From: an uncultured Christensenellaceae bacterium
Lineage (GTDB): Bacteria > Bacillota > Clostridia > Christensenellales > SZUA-584
NCBI GenBank assembly: GCA_964441275.1
Contig: CAYTUG010000009.1
Coordinates: 617-64,616 of the forward strand
Direction of reading: 5' to 3'
Length of the DNA: 64,000 nt
The position numbers and the translations under genes were made by a program. Under the pieces are notes generated by a model. That model saw only the letters and a list, made by a program, of their open reading frames with translations, was not told where the DNA came from and ran no database searches. This document shows positions 11,522 through 21,652 of the stretch, one piece after another. Numbering within the stretch: the stretch's first letter is position 1; every line of letters begins with the position of its first letter.

Positions 11522-12151
11522 TTATCTTGTGCCAAAAAGTCTGTCCCCCGCATCGCCAAGCCCGGGAACTATATATCCGTGTTCGTCCAAACGCTCGTCA
11601 ATTGCGGCGACGTAAATGTCTACATCGTCAAAAGCCTTCCTGACACTATTAATACCCTCGGGAGCGGCAATCAAGCACATTAACTTAATAAATTTAACGC
11701 CTTGGTTTTTTAGCAGCTGAATTGCCCCGCAAGCGCTGCCGCCGGTTGCGAGCATAAGGTCAAGAACAATTATCTCTCTTTCGGTTACATCGGACGGGAG
11801 TTTGCAGTAATATTCCACCGGCTGCAAAGTATCGGGATTGCGATAAAAGCCGATGTGACCAACCCTTGCGGCAGGCACCAACGATAAAATACCGTTTACC
11901 ATCCCCAAGCCGGCGCGCAAAATGGGCACAATGCCAATAGTTTTTCCTGAAATAACGCGCGTTTTGGCCTTAGCTACGGGGGTTTCAATCTCAACTTCTT
12001 TTAACGGCAAATCACGGGTAACCTCATATGCCATAAGCATAGCAATCTCGTCAACCAATTCCCTAAAATCTTTGGTTCCGGTTTTTTTGTCTCTGATCAA
12101 CGATATTTTATGCTGTATGAGCGGGTGGTTCATTTCTACCAGTTTGCCCAT
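11522..12151 (-). CDS. upp: Uracil phosphoribosyltransferase
   Basis: 209 aa. [36 protein letters not shown]... and a C-terminal [16 protein letters not shown] signature. Confidence 0.95.
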   Translation of the reverse strand: MGKLVEMNHPLIQHKISLIRDKKTGTKDFRELVDEIAMLMAYEVTRDLPLKEVEIETPVAKAKTRVISGKTIGIVPILRAGLGMVNGILSLVPAARVGHIGFYRNPDTLQPVEYYCKLPSDVTEREIIVLDLMLATGGSACGAIQLLKNQGVKFIKLMCLIAAPEGINSVRKAFDDVDIYVAAIDERLDEHGYIVPGLGDAGDRLFGTR

Positions 12152-12177
12152 ATATCCTCCGTTTACCGAAACGGCAA

Positions 12178-12627
12178 TTAAATATTTGTATCTTGTAGTG
12201 CCATAATCTTTGTTATTCTTCTTTGGTGTCTGCTATCGTTTGAAAAATTTGTGGAAATAAACGCGTCTACAATTTCAAGCGCAAGCCCTGACCCAACTAC
12301 CCTCTCGCCCAAAGAAATAATATTTGCATCGTTATGAGAGCGCGCCGCCTTTGCCGAGAAAACGTCGCTAAGAAGCGCGCAGCGAATACCTCTGATTTTA
12401 TTGGCGGAAATAGACATGCCTATGCCTGTCCCGCATATGAGTATGCCAAAGTCAGCCTCGCCCGAAAGCACTGCTTTGCAGACGGGCAATGCATAATCCG
12501 GATAATCGGTTGAGACTTTTTCATAAGTGCCTTTATCTGTTGTATCAATGCCTTTGCTTTGCAGATGCCCGATTATTGTCGCTTTTAATAATATACCGCC
12601 GTGATCGCTTCCTATAGCAATTTTCAT
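12178..12627 (-). CDS. rpiB: Ribose-5-phosphate isomerase B
   Basis: 149 aa. [11 protein letters not shown]...[14 protein letters not shown] signature of the RpiB/LacAB family. Confidence 0.9.
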   Translation of the reverse strand: MKIAIGSDHGGILLKATIIGHLQSKGIDTTDKGTYEKVSTDYPDYALPVCKAVLSGEADFGILICGTGIGMSISANKIRGIRCALLSDVFSAKAARSHNDANIISLGERVVGSGLALEIVDAFISTNFSNDSRHQRRITKIMALQDTNI

Positions 12628-12801
12628 TTTTCATACCTATCCAATGCAACGTTGATATTATGTAGGATACCAAACGCGCGCCGAAAAATCAACAAGTATA
12701 AGGCAATAAAGAAACGGCAAACATATAAATCGATTGTTTTTAACGCTTATAAGCAAGCGGTTTTACTGTTAAACACATTTTGAACGGCATTGCCCATTCT
12801 C

Positions 12802-12830
12802 TTTACATTTGTGATGCCGGTAATTATACT
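12802..12830 (+). promoter_or_regulatory. Sigma-A-type promoter for the amino-acid-kinase-like gene
   Basis: TTTACA (12802-12807), 17-nt spacer, TATACT (12825-12830), about 50 nt upstream of ATG 12883. Confidence 0.45.
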
Positions 12831-12882
12831 ATAGTTATCAGCCGCTTTTAAGCTAATTTCTGCGGCGACGGGGGAAGGCTTG

Positions 12883-13701
12883 ATGTATGATATTGTAGTA
12901 AAAATAGGCTCTATGGCGCTTATCAGGCGCGATGACGGAGATTTAGATTATAATATATTTTCAAGGCTTGGCAAATCGCTAAAGCCGGGTATGCTGCTTG
13001 TAAGTTCGGGCGCTACGGAAATAGGGCGGATTGACTATATCAAGCGTCATGGTCACGAGCTTAGCGGAGCAGAAGAAGACGTTAAAACCGATTACGCGGC
13101 GCAGGGGCAGGCTATTTTAATGGAAAACTATCGTGAATTCATCAGCCCCGGTTATTCTGTGCGGCAGGTGCTTTTAGAGCACAGCCATTTTAACGACAAA
13201 GAAAAAAAAGAACATATCTACAGGTTGTTGATGCGGGCGCCCGGGCAGTTGGCGATACCGATTATCAACTATAACGACCCGGTTTCCAGCGAGGAAAACC
13301 GCAAGATGGAACTGCGGAAAATTGGCAACGGGGGACGTAAAGTTGTTGAATGCATAGACAACGATGAAACCGCAGCGGTTGTTGCAATGCTTGTCAAAGC
13401 TAAAACATTAATAATACTGACATCGGTAGATGGTATATACCAAGACCATTCTGACCCTTCAACGCTGATTGAACGGATAACGGCGCCCAATGCGCAAGAG
13501 CTTGAGAAAAAAATAAAAGAAGTCATGAATTGTTGCAAGGGCGCTTCGCGTGCGGGTGCGCAAGGTGCGGTTGCAAAGCTGTTTTACTCTCTTGGGCCTG
13601 CCAAGGCGGGCACAAGCGTATATATTTCAAGCGCAAGCAATCGTTTGGAAGATATAATATCCGGAAAAATAAAATGCACCCGTATTTTCATAGGCGAATA
13701 A
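12883..13701 (+). CDS. Amino acid kinase family protein (divergent glutamate-5-kinase/ProB-like, no PUA domain)
   Basis: VVKIGSMAL...LLVSSGATEIGR...INYNDPVS...DNDETAAVVA...ILTSVDGIY pattern of the aspartate/glutamate/uridylate kinase fold. ATG 12883 follows GGGGGAAGG. Confidence 0.6.
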   Translation: MYDIVVKIGSMALIRRDDGDLDYNIFSRLGKSLKPGMLLVSSGATEIGRIDYIKRHGHELSGAEEDVKTDYAAQGQAILMENYREFISPGYSVRQVLLEHSHFNDKEKKEHIYRLLMRAPGQLAIPIINYNDPVSSEENRKMELRKIGNGGRKVVECIDNDETAAVVAMLVKAKTLIILTSVDGIYQDHSDPSTLIERITAPNAQELEKKIKEVMNCCKGASRAGAQGAVAKLFYSLGPAKAGTSVYISSASNRLEDIISGKIKCTRIFIGE

Positions 13702-13812
13702 CGGTACAAAATTGCTACTGCAGGACCTGCTGCACGCGCTTGATGTTTTGTTTCGCAACGCTATGCAATATCAAGCTATTGTCATGTCCCGGGAAATTTG
13801 AACGGAGTTTTA

Positions 13813-14889
13813 ATGCGGATAAACACACTCGTACTCAAAAACTATCGAAGCTATCAAGCGTTATCGGCAAGCTTTAGCAACGGCACCAATATACTTTTTG
13901 GCAAAAACGCCGCGGGGAAAACAAACGCTCTTGAGGCTATTGCTTTTTTAAGCATAGGCAAACCGTTCCGCACGCAAAAAGACATAGAATGTATCCGGGA
14001 GGGAAGCGAGTATGCTTATATAAGGGGAGAGATAGACAAATCTTTGGGATTTATCGGTATAGAAGCCATGGTCTCTGTTTTCGGCAAAAAAAGCTTAAAG
14101 GTAAACGGATTGGCGGTTAAAAAAATTGGAGAGCTTTTGGGAAACTTTATTGCTATACTCTTTTCCCCGGATGATTTGAAAATATTAAAAGAATCTCCTA
14201 TGCTGCGCAGGCGATTTATTGACATGGAAATATCAAAACTGCGGCCGGCCTATTTTTATGATTTGCAGGAATACACAAAAGCGCTTGCCCAAAAAAACGC
14301 ACTGTTAAAATCAAAGATGGCGGAGAACCAGTTAAAAAAGCTTGTTTCAATTTTTAATGAGCAAATGGTAAAACACGGGGCGAGGATAATCGCGCAAAGA
14401 CAAAAATTTTTGTATCGCCTTGGGGAAATAAGCAAAGACCTGCACAAAGATATTGCAAAAGGCGAAGTCTTATCAATACGGTACAAATGCAGCGCCTCGC
14501 TTGACGACATTGAAAAAACGCTATTTGAGAAGATGGAAAAGGCCTTGCCTTCCGAAATTGAACAGGGGTTTAGCCTGCACGGGCCGCACAGGGAAGATAT
14601 GATTGCAACGCTTAATGGAAACGAAATAAAAGCATATTCCTCTTCCGGTCAGATACGTACGGCTATGCTGTCTTTAAAGCTTGCGACATTTGAGATAGCG
14701 CGCAGCGATTTTAACGAAAGCCCTGTTTTGCTGTTAGACGATGTGTTTTCAGAGTTGGACGAACAGAGGCAATCGGCAATTATTGAGCGGCTAAATGGCT
14801 CGCAATGCTTTATTACCACTGCCGTGCCCCTAAAATGCAAGGGCGCATCTTTATTTAATGTAGCCAAAGGCGCAATTACACCAGCATAG
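13813..14889 (+). CDS. recF: DNA replication and repair protein RecF
   Basis: MRINTLVLKNYRSY...FGKNAAGKTNALEAI (Walker A) and C-terminal LLLDDVFSELD (Walker B/D-loop). ATG 13813. Confidence 0.9.
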   Translation: MRINTLVLKNYRSYQALSASFSNGTNILFGKNAAGKTNALEAIAFLSIGKPFRTQKDIECIREGSEYAYIRGEIDKSLGFIGIEAMVSVFGKKSLKVNGLAVKKIGELLGNFIAILFSPDDLKILKESPMLRRRFIDMEISKLRPAYFYDLQEYTKALAQKNALLKSKMAENQLKKLVSIFNEQMVKHGARIIAQRQKFLYRLGEISKDLHKDIAKGEVLSIRYKCSASLDDIEKTLFEKMEKALPSEIEQGFSLHGPHREDMIATLNGNEIKAYSSSGQIRTAMLSLKLATFEIARSDFNESPVLLLDDVFSELDEQRQSAIIERLNGSQCFITTAVPLKCKGASLFNVAKGAITPA

Positions 14890-15583
14890 TTATAATAATG
14901 CCAATACAAAATCCAAAAGCGGAATATAATATGCTTTTCGGCTCTTTTTTCGCAAAGTTTTTAGCAGGTATAAGCTCTTTGAGCGATATATAAAGCATTG
15001 CGCCTGCCGAAAAAGATATGCAAGCCGATTTTATTTCCCCGGAAATTTGGCTGATAGCGGTTCCTAAGACTGAGCCGGCAGCGGTAGGAAGCCCTGTTAA
15101 CGCGGTCAAAAACAACACCCGTTTTGCGGACACGCCGGAAAGACATAGCGGAAGGCATGCGGCTATTCCCTCGGGAATATTGTGTATCAGCAATAGGAGC
15201 GAAAGCGGAAACGCGTGTTGCATGCCGCTTGCAAAGGAAGCGCCAATTGCAAGCCCCTCCGGGAAGTTGTGCAACGCAATGGCAGTGATCACAAGTATTC
15301 CGGTAGAATAAAGAGACCTATCATTGGTTGATATTATGGGCGAAAGCAAAGCAAAGAACATTCCGCCCGCAATTGCGCCGCCGCCCGCAATAAAAATGCC
15401 CGCAGTATGCGCGCTTTCGGGCAGCATCTCGAAGACGACGACAGATACCATGATTCCGCCTGCGAAAGACAGGTAAGCGTGGGGGCTAAGGGAATGGGAG
15501 CTTAAAAAAATAGCCGAAGCCCCTCCCATCAAAGTGCCCGCCATTCCCACTATTGCGCCCAAAAACAGGCTTTCAAGCAACAT
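14876..15583 (-). CDS. ZIP family divalent-metal (zinc) transporter
   Basis: Polytopic membrane protein with HNFPEGLAIG and HNIPEGIA motifs characteristic of the ZIP/ZupT family. Confidence 0.8.
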   Translation of the reverse strand: MLLESLFLGAIVGMAGTLMGGASAIFLSSHSLSPHAYLSFAGGIMVSVVVFEMLPESAHTAGIFIAGGGAIAGGMFFALLSPIISTNDRSLYSTGILVITAIALHNFPEGLAIGASFASGMQHAFPLSLLLLIHNIPEGIAACLPLCLSGVSAKRVLFLTALTGLPTAAGSVLGTAISQISGEIKSACISFSAGAMLYISLKELIPAKNFAKKEPKSILYSAFGFCIGIIITMLV

Positions 15584-15642
15584 AAATTACTCCTTGTGAT
15601 TTATATATACGCTGCTGTTATGCGAATATTAATGAAAGTTCA

Positions 15643-15654
15643 GCAAGTTTAATT
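15643..15654 (-). repeat. Third partial copy of the AATTAAACTTGC motif, 60 nt upstream of the ZIP transporter start
   Basis: The minus strand reads ATAAATTAAACTTGCTGA. This is a 12/12 match to the core of the motif at 51050-51061 and 54479-54490. Confidence 0.5.
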
Positions 15655-15704
15655 TATAACCGGACCCGATAAAGAATAAGAAAAATATTACGTTGTTTTA
15701 AGAA

Positions 15705-16193
15705 TTAACGGCCGGTAAAAAGTTTGGATTTATGTTTATTTAGAAGAAAAAACAATGGCATGCCAAACGCATAGCAAGCGATTGTTTGCCCTATGCCTAT
15801 GTACAGAATGGGCATCCAGACAGGAAATTGGGTGAAATAAAAAAAATGAAGAATAACGCCAATGGTAATTGCGTTGATTAGTATGCTCGGCAGCGGCAGA
15901 AGCCATTTATTTTTAATAAAATAGGTTAAAGCGGCGGCGGCGAGTGTGGCTAAAGAGCCGGCAATAACGTCTATTATTCCAAGAAAGCTAAATATATTTG
16001 CTATTGCGCATCCGATAAAAAGCCCGGGCACGGCGGCGCTTGTGAAAAATGGAAGCACACACAGCGCCTCGGATATGCGAAGTTCAATCATACCGAGCTG
16101 GCCGAAGCTAAGCGGCGCTACGGCTATTGTCAGCACGAAGTACAATGCGGCTATAACGCCCGCTTCCGCCAGAAATCTCATTTGCTTTTTCAC
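15705..16193 (-). CDS. queT: Queuosine-precursor transporter QueT family membrane protein
   Basis: 162 aa with 5 TM helices. The N-terminus ...LAEAGVIAALYFVLTIAVAPLSFGQLGMIELRISEALCVLPFF matches the QueT family pattern. Confidence 0.75.
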   Translation of the reverse strand: MKKQMRFLAEAGVIAALYFVLTIAVAPLSFGQLGMIELRISEALCVLPFFTSAAVPGLFIGCAIANIFSFLGIIDVIAGSLATLAAAALTYFIKNKWLLPLPSILINAITIGVILHFFYFTQFPVWMPILYIGIGQTIACYAFGMPLFFLLNKHKSKLFTGR

Positions 16194-16194
16194 A

Positions 16195-18612
16195 TCAGCT
16201 TACCACAATATTGGCAATGCTACCCGGCACAATTATTACCTTGCGCACAGTTTTGCCTGCAAAAAGCGCAGTGAAATCGGCGTTACCCATTATCTGGTTT
16301 TCAATATCCTCTTTTGATGCATCGGAAGACACATTGAATTTTCTGCGGGTTTTTCCGTTTATCTGCAAAGCCATCTCTATGGTTTTGCGCCGCAGCGCAG
16401 TTTCATCGTATTGAGGGTAGGGCGCGTTAAATACTGAATAAGGCTGTCCGATTGTTTCCCAAAGCTCTTCAGCAAAATGCGGGGCAAATGGCGCAATCAG
16501 CCTAACTAAAATATTTGCGGATTGGGTGCACAAGTCTTTATCGGGCGCGTTGTCCAAATACTTTATAAGAGCGTTGACATATTCCATAAGGCGGGCGATA
16601 GAAGTGTTAAACGAGAAAACCTCAATATCTTCACGCATATGCTTTATTGCGTAATTTTGCGCGTATAACAAATCTTCTTTGCCCGAATCGCTTTTAGAGC
16701 CTTGCGATATCAGCCTTTGCACAGTGCGCTCCACACGCTCAAGGAAGCGAAACATAGAGCGTATTCCGGCTTCATTCCAAGAGCCGCCTTCGATATACGA
16801 AAACCCAAAGCCTAAATACATGCGCAGAGAGTCGCTGCCAAATTCTTTTATGTAAGAATCGGGCGATATCACATTCTCGCGCGACTTGCTCATCCGCTGC
16901 CCGTCGGGTCCAAGAATAACGCCCTGATGTACAAGAGAAGTAAAAGGCTCTTCAAATCTGCAATAACCCATATCGTGCAGCGCCATTGTAAAAAACCGCG
17001 CGTACAATAGATGCATGCAGGTATGCTCCGCACCGCCCACATACTTATCGACCGGAAGCATTTTGTTTATCCACTCCGTATCAAACGCTTTATCATCGTT
17101 GCGGTTGTCCGGATAGCGCAGGAAATACCACGATGAGCACACAAAAGTATCCATGGTATCTGCGTCTCGCAAAGCGTTGCCGCCGCAGACAGGGCACTTT
17201 GCATGCAGGAAGGATTCCGACTTAAGCAAAGGCGATGTGCCGTCGGGGGTAAAATCGACATCGTAGGGCAGCGTAACGGGCAAATCGGTTTCGGGTACGG
17301 GCACTTCGCCGCATTTGTCGCAATAAACTATCGGGATGGGAGTGCCCCAGTAACGTTGCCTTGATATCAGCCAATCGCGCAGCCGGTATGTTGTTCTAAA
17401 ATCCGCATTGCCTGCCGACTTTAGCTTTTGCGTTATAGCTTTCTTAGCTTGCTCCACAGTAAGATCATCAAATTCTTCGCTGTTTACCAACGTCCCGTCA
17501 CCTGTGAAAGGCAATGTGTCATCTTCTCCCGGGCAGCCTTTTACCACACGCTTTATGGGCAGATTATATTTTTGCGCAAATTCAAAGTCTCTCTCGTCAT
17601 GCGCGGGAACCGCCATAACTGCGCCGGTTCCGTACGAATAAAGCACATAATCCGCAACATATACGGGAATCCGACTGCCGTCTACAGGGTTTATGGCGTA
17701 AGCGCCGGTAAAAACGCCTGTTTTTTCGCGCGTTGCCGACAGTCTATCAATTTCATTGGCATGTGCCGCGGCATCGATATACTCAAAAACGGCGGCACTG
17801 CACTCGGCGGCAGTAATTTTTGGCACTAACGGATGTTCGGGAGCTAAAACAGCGTATGTGCAACCGAACAATGTATCCGCTCTTGTGGTGAATACGGTAA
17901 AGGATTCGCCAGTCTCTAAATTAAATTTGATTTCGGAGCCTATGGATTCGCCTATCCAGTTGCGCTGCATCATTTTAGTTTTTTCAGGCCAGTCAATAGA
18001 ATCAAGATTTTTTAGCAGCCGCTGCGCGTAATCGGTTATTTTGAAAAACCACTGGGTTAAATTTTTGTGTTTTACGGGCGTTGAGCAGCGCTCGCAGCAA
18101 CCGTTTAGCACTTGTTCGTTGGCAAGCACAGTGTTGCAACCTTCGCACCAGTTAACCGGCGCTTGCTTTCTGTATGCCAATCCGTTCTTGTAAAGCTGTA
18201 AAAAACACCATTGAGTCCATTTATAATAGTCGGGCATACAGGTTTTTATCTCATAATCCCAATCAAACATCGCTCCCATTTCTTTTAGTTGTTTTTCCAT
18301 AGTTTCGATATTTGCATGGGTAGAGTCTTCGGGATGGATTCCGGTTTTTATTGCATAGTTTTCGGCGGGAAGCCCAAAGGCGTCAAACCCCATCGGCTGA
18401 AACACCTCATAGCCGTTCATCCTGACGTATCTTGCATACGAGTCTGTTAGTCCGTAATTGTACCAATGCCCAAGGTGCAGCCTTGCCCCCGAAGGATAAG
18501 AAAACATCTCAAGTATGTATCTTTTCTTTTTCACATTGTTTTTGTCAAACTTATATAGCTTAGTTTGTTCCCAAATTTTGCGCCACTTTTTTTCTATTTG
18601 CAATAAATCCAT
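16195..18612 (-). CDS. leuS: Leucine--tRNA ligase
   Basis: About 805 aa with HLGH (HIGH-type) and KMSKS motifs ([10 protein letters not shown]). ATG 18612 is preceded by GGGGGA. Confidence 0.97.
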   Translation of the reverse strand: MDLLQIEKKWRKIWEQTKLYKFDKNNVKKKRYILEMFSYPSGARLHLGHWYNYGLTDSYARYVRMNGYEVFQPMGFDAFGLPAENYAIKTGIHPEDSTHANIETMEKQLKEMGAMFDWDYEIKTCMPDYYKWTQWCFLQLYKNGLAYRKQAPVNWCEGCNTVLANEQVLNGCCERCSTPVKHKNLTQWFFKITDYAQRLLKNLDSIDWPEKTKMMQRNWIGESIGSEIKFNLETGESFTVFTTRADTLFGCTYAVLAPEHPLVPKITAAECSAAVFEYIDAAAHANEIDRLSATREKTGVFTGAYAINPVDGSRIPVYVADYVLYSYGTGAVMAVPAHDERDFEFAQKYNLPIKRVVKGCPGEDDTLPFTGDGTLVNSEEFDDLTVEQAKKAITQKLKSAGNADFRTTYRLRDWLISRQRYWGTPIPIVYCDKCGEVPVPETDLPVTLPYDVDFTPDGTSPLLKSESFLHAKCPVCGGNALRDADTMDTFVCSSWYFLRYPDNRNDDKAFDTEWINKMLPVDKYVGGAEHTCMHLLYARFFTMALHDMGYCRFEEPFTSLVHQGVILGPDGQRMSKSRENVISPDSYIKEFGSDSLRMYLGFGFSYIEGGSWNEAGIRSMFRFLERVERTVQRLISQGSKSDSGKEDLLYAQNYAIKHMREDIEVFSFNTSIARLMEYVNALIKYLDNAPDKDLCTQSANILVRLIAPFAPHFAEELWETIGQPYSVFNAPYPQYDETALRRKTIEMALQINGKTRRKFNVSSDASKEDIENQIMGNADFTALFAGKTVRKVIIVPGSIANIVVS

Positions 18613-18671
18613 CGTATGTCCCCCAAACTTTTGCTTGCACAATTATTATCTATAATTATTTAAAATCAATG

Positions 18672-19802
18672 CTATGCTAAAATCACTGCGACAGCATGTG
18701 CGGATATTCCCTCGCCGGCGCCTTCGAAACCCATTCCTTCGGTTGTAGTAGTTTTTACGCTTACCAATTTTACATCTATCTGTAACGCCGTTGCAATATT
18801 TTTGCGCATCTGTTCGATATATGGGGATAGCTTTGGCAGCTGCGCCACTACGGTTGCGTCAATGTTTGCAATACTGCAGCCAATGTTGTCTAAAATCTCT
18901 TTTGTACGTTCAAGCAGAAGCAAGCTGCTGATACAATAATGCTCTTGAGTACAGGGAAAATGCGCGCCTATATCTCCTGCCGCCGCAGCCCCTAAAAGGG
19001 CGTCTATTATGGCATGAACAAGCACATCCGCATCGCTGTGTCCTAAAAGCCCGCGGCTGTGCGGCACATTTACGCCCCCCAAAATTAGTTTGCGGTCCCG
19101 CGCCAACTTATGCGCATCATAGCCGTAACCCGTGCGCGGCTGTTCACCGGCAATATATTTAGCGTGCAAAACATCCTCCGGGGCAGTTATTTTTATATTA
19201 TGCCAATCCGACTCAACAAAACTTACGGGTATGCCCATGCGCTCAAGCAGCACGCACTCGTCTGTGCCAACAAAGCCGTCGGCATCGGCCTTATCGTGAG
19301 CCGCCTTTAGCAATGCGTAACGAAATGCTTGCGGCGTTTGAATATTTACAACGTTTCGCCTGTCGATAGTTTTTGTTATTATATCTTTGTCGAGCAGCTT
19401 TATTGTATCTTTAACACGCACTCCAACCGCTGCGGCGCCCGTTTCTGCAGCCCTCGCAATGCAATTTTGTATTGCCCCGGACGAAACAAAACAACGCGCG
19501 CCATCGTGAACAGCAACTATTTCAAATCCTTTTGCTGCCGGCAGTGCGTTTTTTACGGAAAACTGGCGTTTACTGCCCCCTTCAACGAAAGTAAAGGGAA
19601 TCGAAAGGGTTTTATTTGCTATTGGCTGGAAGAGAGGCATATCCTTCTTTTTACATACTATTATTATGTGCTTAAAATAACTGTTTAAAGCATCAAGCGT
19701 GCGTTCAAGCACAAACTTTCCGCCTATGCGCAGCAGCATTTTGTTTTCGCCCATGCGCCTTGAGCTGCCTGCTGCCAACACTATACAACAGGCGTCAGCC
19801 AT
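18672..19802 (-). CDS. ispDF: Bifunctional IspD/IspF: 2-C-methyl-D-erythritol 4-phosphate cytidylyltransferase / 2-C-methyl-D-erythritol 2,4-cyclodiphosphate synthase
   Basis: N-terminal IspD ([17 protein letters not shown]...). C-terminal IspF ([11 protein letters not shown]...[30 protein letters not shown]). One uninterrupted 376-aa frame. Confidence 0.9.
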   Translation of the reverse strand: MADACCIVLAAGSSRRMGENKMLLRIGGKFVLERTLDALNSYFKHIIIVCKKKDMPLFQPIANKTLSIPFTFVEGGSKRQFSVKNALPAAKGFEIVAVHDGARCFVSSGAIQNCIARAAETGAAAVGVRVKDTIKLLDKDIITKTIDRRNVVNIQTPQAFRYALLKAAHDKADADGFVGTDECVLLERMGIPVSFVESDWHNIKITAPEDVLHAKYIAGEQPRTGYGYDAHKLARDRKLILGGVNVPHSRGLLGHSDADVLVHAIIDALLGAAAAGDIGAHFPCTQEHYCISSLLLLERTKEILDNIGCSIANIDATVVAQLPKLSPYIEQMRKNIATALQIDVKLVSVKTTTTEGMGFEGAGEGISAHAVAVILA

Positions 19803-20052
19803 TGCGCGTTTCTCCTATAATCTCGTACATTTCGGCGGCTTGTTCTTTGCGCGCCGTTTCCGCAACCGATAGTATTTTTATTTTAAGTATGTTAGCGCCA
19901 AACCGCACTTCGACAATGTCGCCGGGTTTTACGTCTTTACCCGCTTTGGCAACATTGCCGTTTACCAAAACCCGTTGTTTATCGCACGCTTCGCTTGCAA
20001 CGGTGCGGCGTTTTATTATTCGTGATACTTTTAGAAACTTATCGAGCCTCAT
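19795..20052 (-). CDS. rqcP: S4-domain RNA-binding protein RqcP/YabO
   Basis: [45 protein letters not shown]... is very close to B. subtilis YabO as I recall it. Its stop overlaps the ispDF start. Confidence 0.8.
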   Translation of the reverse strand: MRLDKFLKVSRIIKRRTVASEACDKQRVLVNGNVAKAGKDVKPGDIVEVRFGANILKIKILSVAETARKEQAAEMYEIIGETRNG

Positions 20053-20139
20053 TTGGAAAGTCCTTTGTTTTTGTACATTATAACAGAAGAAACGCTTATG
20101 GGATATAAAAAGCGTTGGCAAATAAGCGCAAGACTTTTT

Positions 20140-20598
20140 TTAAAGCTGTTTGCTCATTATCAGCCTGTCTTCACCCTCGCCGTATTCATCTTTAACGCTA
20201 TTGACAACGCTAAACCCCAATTGTTCACGGTATATGGAAAGCGCATTTGTGTTAGCAGGATCAACCGATAGGCTAACCCTTAGTATACCGTATTGTTTAA
20301 TATGGGAAAGCGCATATTCTATAAGGGTGGTGCCAACATTAAGACCGCGAAAATCCGGCAGCACCGTAACGCTAAAAAGGTACGCGGTGTCGGTATCGTT
20401 CATGCTGCGTAAAAAATAGGCGCAAGCTATCGTTTTTTCGTTCTCGTCCGCGGCAACATAAACTTTGCCGTACCGCAGCAGCGGTACAACCATATACTCG
20501 TTTAGCGCGCCGGCCTTAAAAGTCTTTTGCTCGATGAATAATATATCGCTTAAAAAATCCAGATTAGGCTCGTCAAGCACCTTGAAATTTATTTTCAT
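20140..20598 (-). CDS. GNAT family N-acetyltransferase
   Basis: 152 aa. Acetyl-CoA binding motif region VLPDFRGLNVGTTLIEYAL. Confidence 0.75.
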   Translation of the reverse strand: MKINFKVLDEPNLDFLSDILFIEQKTFKAGALNEYMVVPLLRYGKVYVAADENEKTIACAYFLRSMNDTDTAYLFSVTVLPDFRGLNVGTTLIEYALSHIKQYGILRVSLSVDPANTNALSIYREQLGFSVVNSVKDEYGEGEDRLIMSKQL

Positions 20599-20613
20599 GG
20601 CAATCCTCCGTGC

Positions 20614-21369
20614 TTATTTTAAACGTTCGTTTAGAGCGTTGTTAAATTGCTGCATGCAGCTATATTCAGCGGCGTAAGCTTTGCTGACGCTAAACTCATC
20701 TCTCTCGATAAGCGAATCGGCCTGAAAGCTGAACGCTTCGTTATCGCAAATTATTATATGATCTAAGAGGTCTATACCAAGAGTGTGCAAAGTTGATAGT
20801 ATATCCTGTGTTGTACGTATATCCGCGGACGAAGGGGAGACGCTGCCGCCCGGGTGGTTATGCGCTATAACACATTTTACGGCGTGATGCCGCAACGCCG
20901 CCGCCGCTATTTTGCCTAAATATACAGGAGATTCACAAACGCTGCCCTCGGAAAGCCGCTCGTAATGAATAACGCGGTTTTGTGTGTTGAGCCAAATCAT
21001 ATAAAACTGTTCAAAAGGTTTGCCGAAAAGAAGCGAACGCGCAAATTCGCAAGCGTCTTTAATTGAGATTATGGTTGGTTTTTTACCAAGCTTGCTTTGC
21101 TCGTAAGCGCGGAAAGCATGCGGGAACACGCTTAAAAAGGCCGAAGCCTTTTTGCCTATGCCGCTTATTTGCTCTAAGTCTTTCGGGTCGGCTTCAAGCA
21201 CGCCGGATAAGCTACCGAATTTTTTTATCAGCCTGTGAGCGATAGGATTTGTATCCACGCGCGGTAACGCAAAGAAAAGCAGAAACTCCAATATTTCGTG
21301 CTCGGCAAAGCTTTCAAAGCCTTCGCTCCCAAACCGGTTGATTAGCCTTTGCCTGTGACCTTCGTGCAT
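20614..21369 (-). CDS. radC: RadC-family JAB/MPN domain protein (UPF0758)
   Basis: MHEGHRQRL...HhH region (ISGIGKKAS) and a C-terminal JAMM-like HNHPGGSVSPSSADI. Confidence 0.85.
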   Translation of the reverse strand: MHEGHRQRLINRFGSEGFESFAEHEILEFLLFFALPRVDTNPIAHRLIKKFGSLSGVLEADPKDLEQISGIGKKASAFLSVFPHAFRAYEQSKLGKKPTIISIKDACEFARSLLFGKPFEQFYMIWLNTQNRVIHYERLSEGSVCESPVYLGKIAAAALRHHAVKCVIAHNHPGGSVSPSSADIRTTQDILSTLHTLGIDLLDHIIICDNEAFSFQADSLIERDEFSVSKAYAAEYSCMQQFNNALNERLK

Positions 21370-21617
21370 ATTGCCTCCGATATGTCAAAGTTTCATTTTG
21401 CGTTTGCGGTTTTCACGCTAAAACTAAAAAGCGGCATTGTGTCTCTCAATCAAGATAATATACTCGGCATGTTGCTAAAATTATACAGCCCGCCATTTTA
21501 CGCAGTGCGCTTGCCAACGCCTATGCCGGCGCAAGCCAATTACGAGAAACAGTTAGAATATTGCCTACCGTTATAATTATAACATGCGTAATCAATAAAT
21601 CAATCGCGCCGGTTTGT

Positions 21618-21646
21618 TTGACATGCAATAACTAACACTTTATAAT
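21618..21646 (+). promoter_or_regulatory. Consensus sigma-A promoter driving the candidate ncRNA
   Basis: TTGACA (21618-21623), exactly 17 nt, TATAAT (21641-21646). Both hexamers are perfect consensus. Confidence 0.7.
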
Positions 21647-21652
21647 CGGTTT

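Noticed and set aside
16195-18671. T-box leader upstream of leuS and preQ1 riboswitch upstream of queT
   Set aside because: The intergenic gaps are only 29-59 nt (to the two candidate leuS starts) and 1 nt, with no room for either element. This is reported as an absence, not as a feature.
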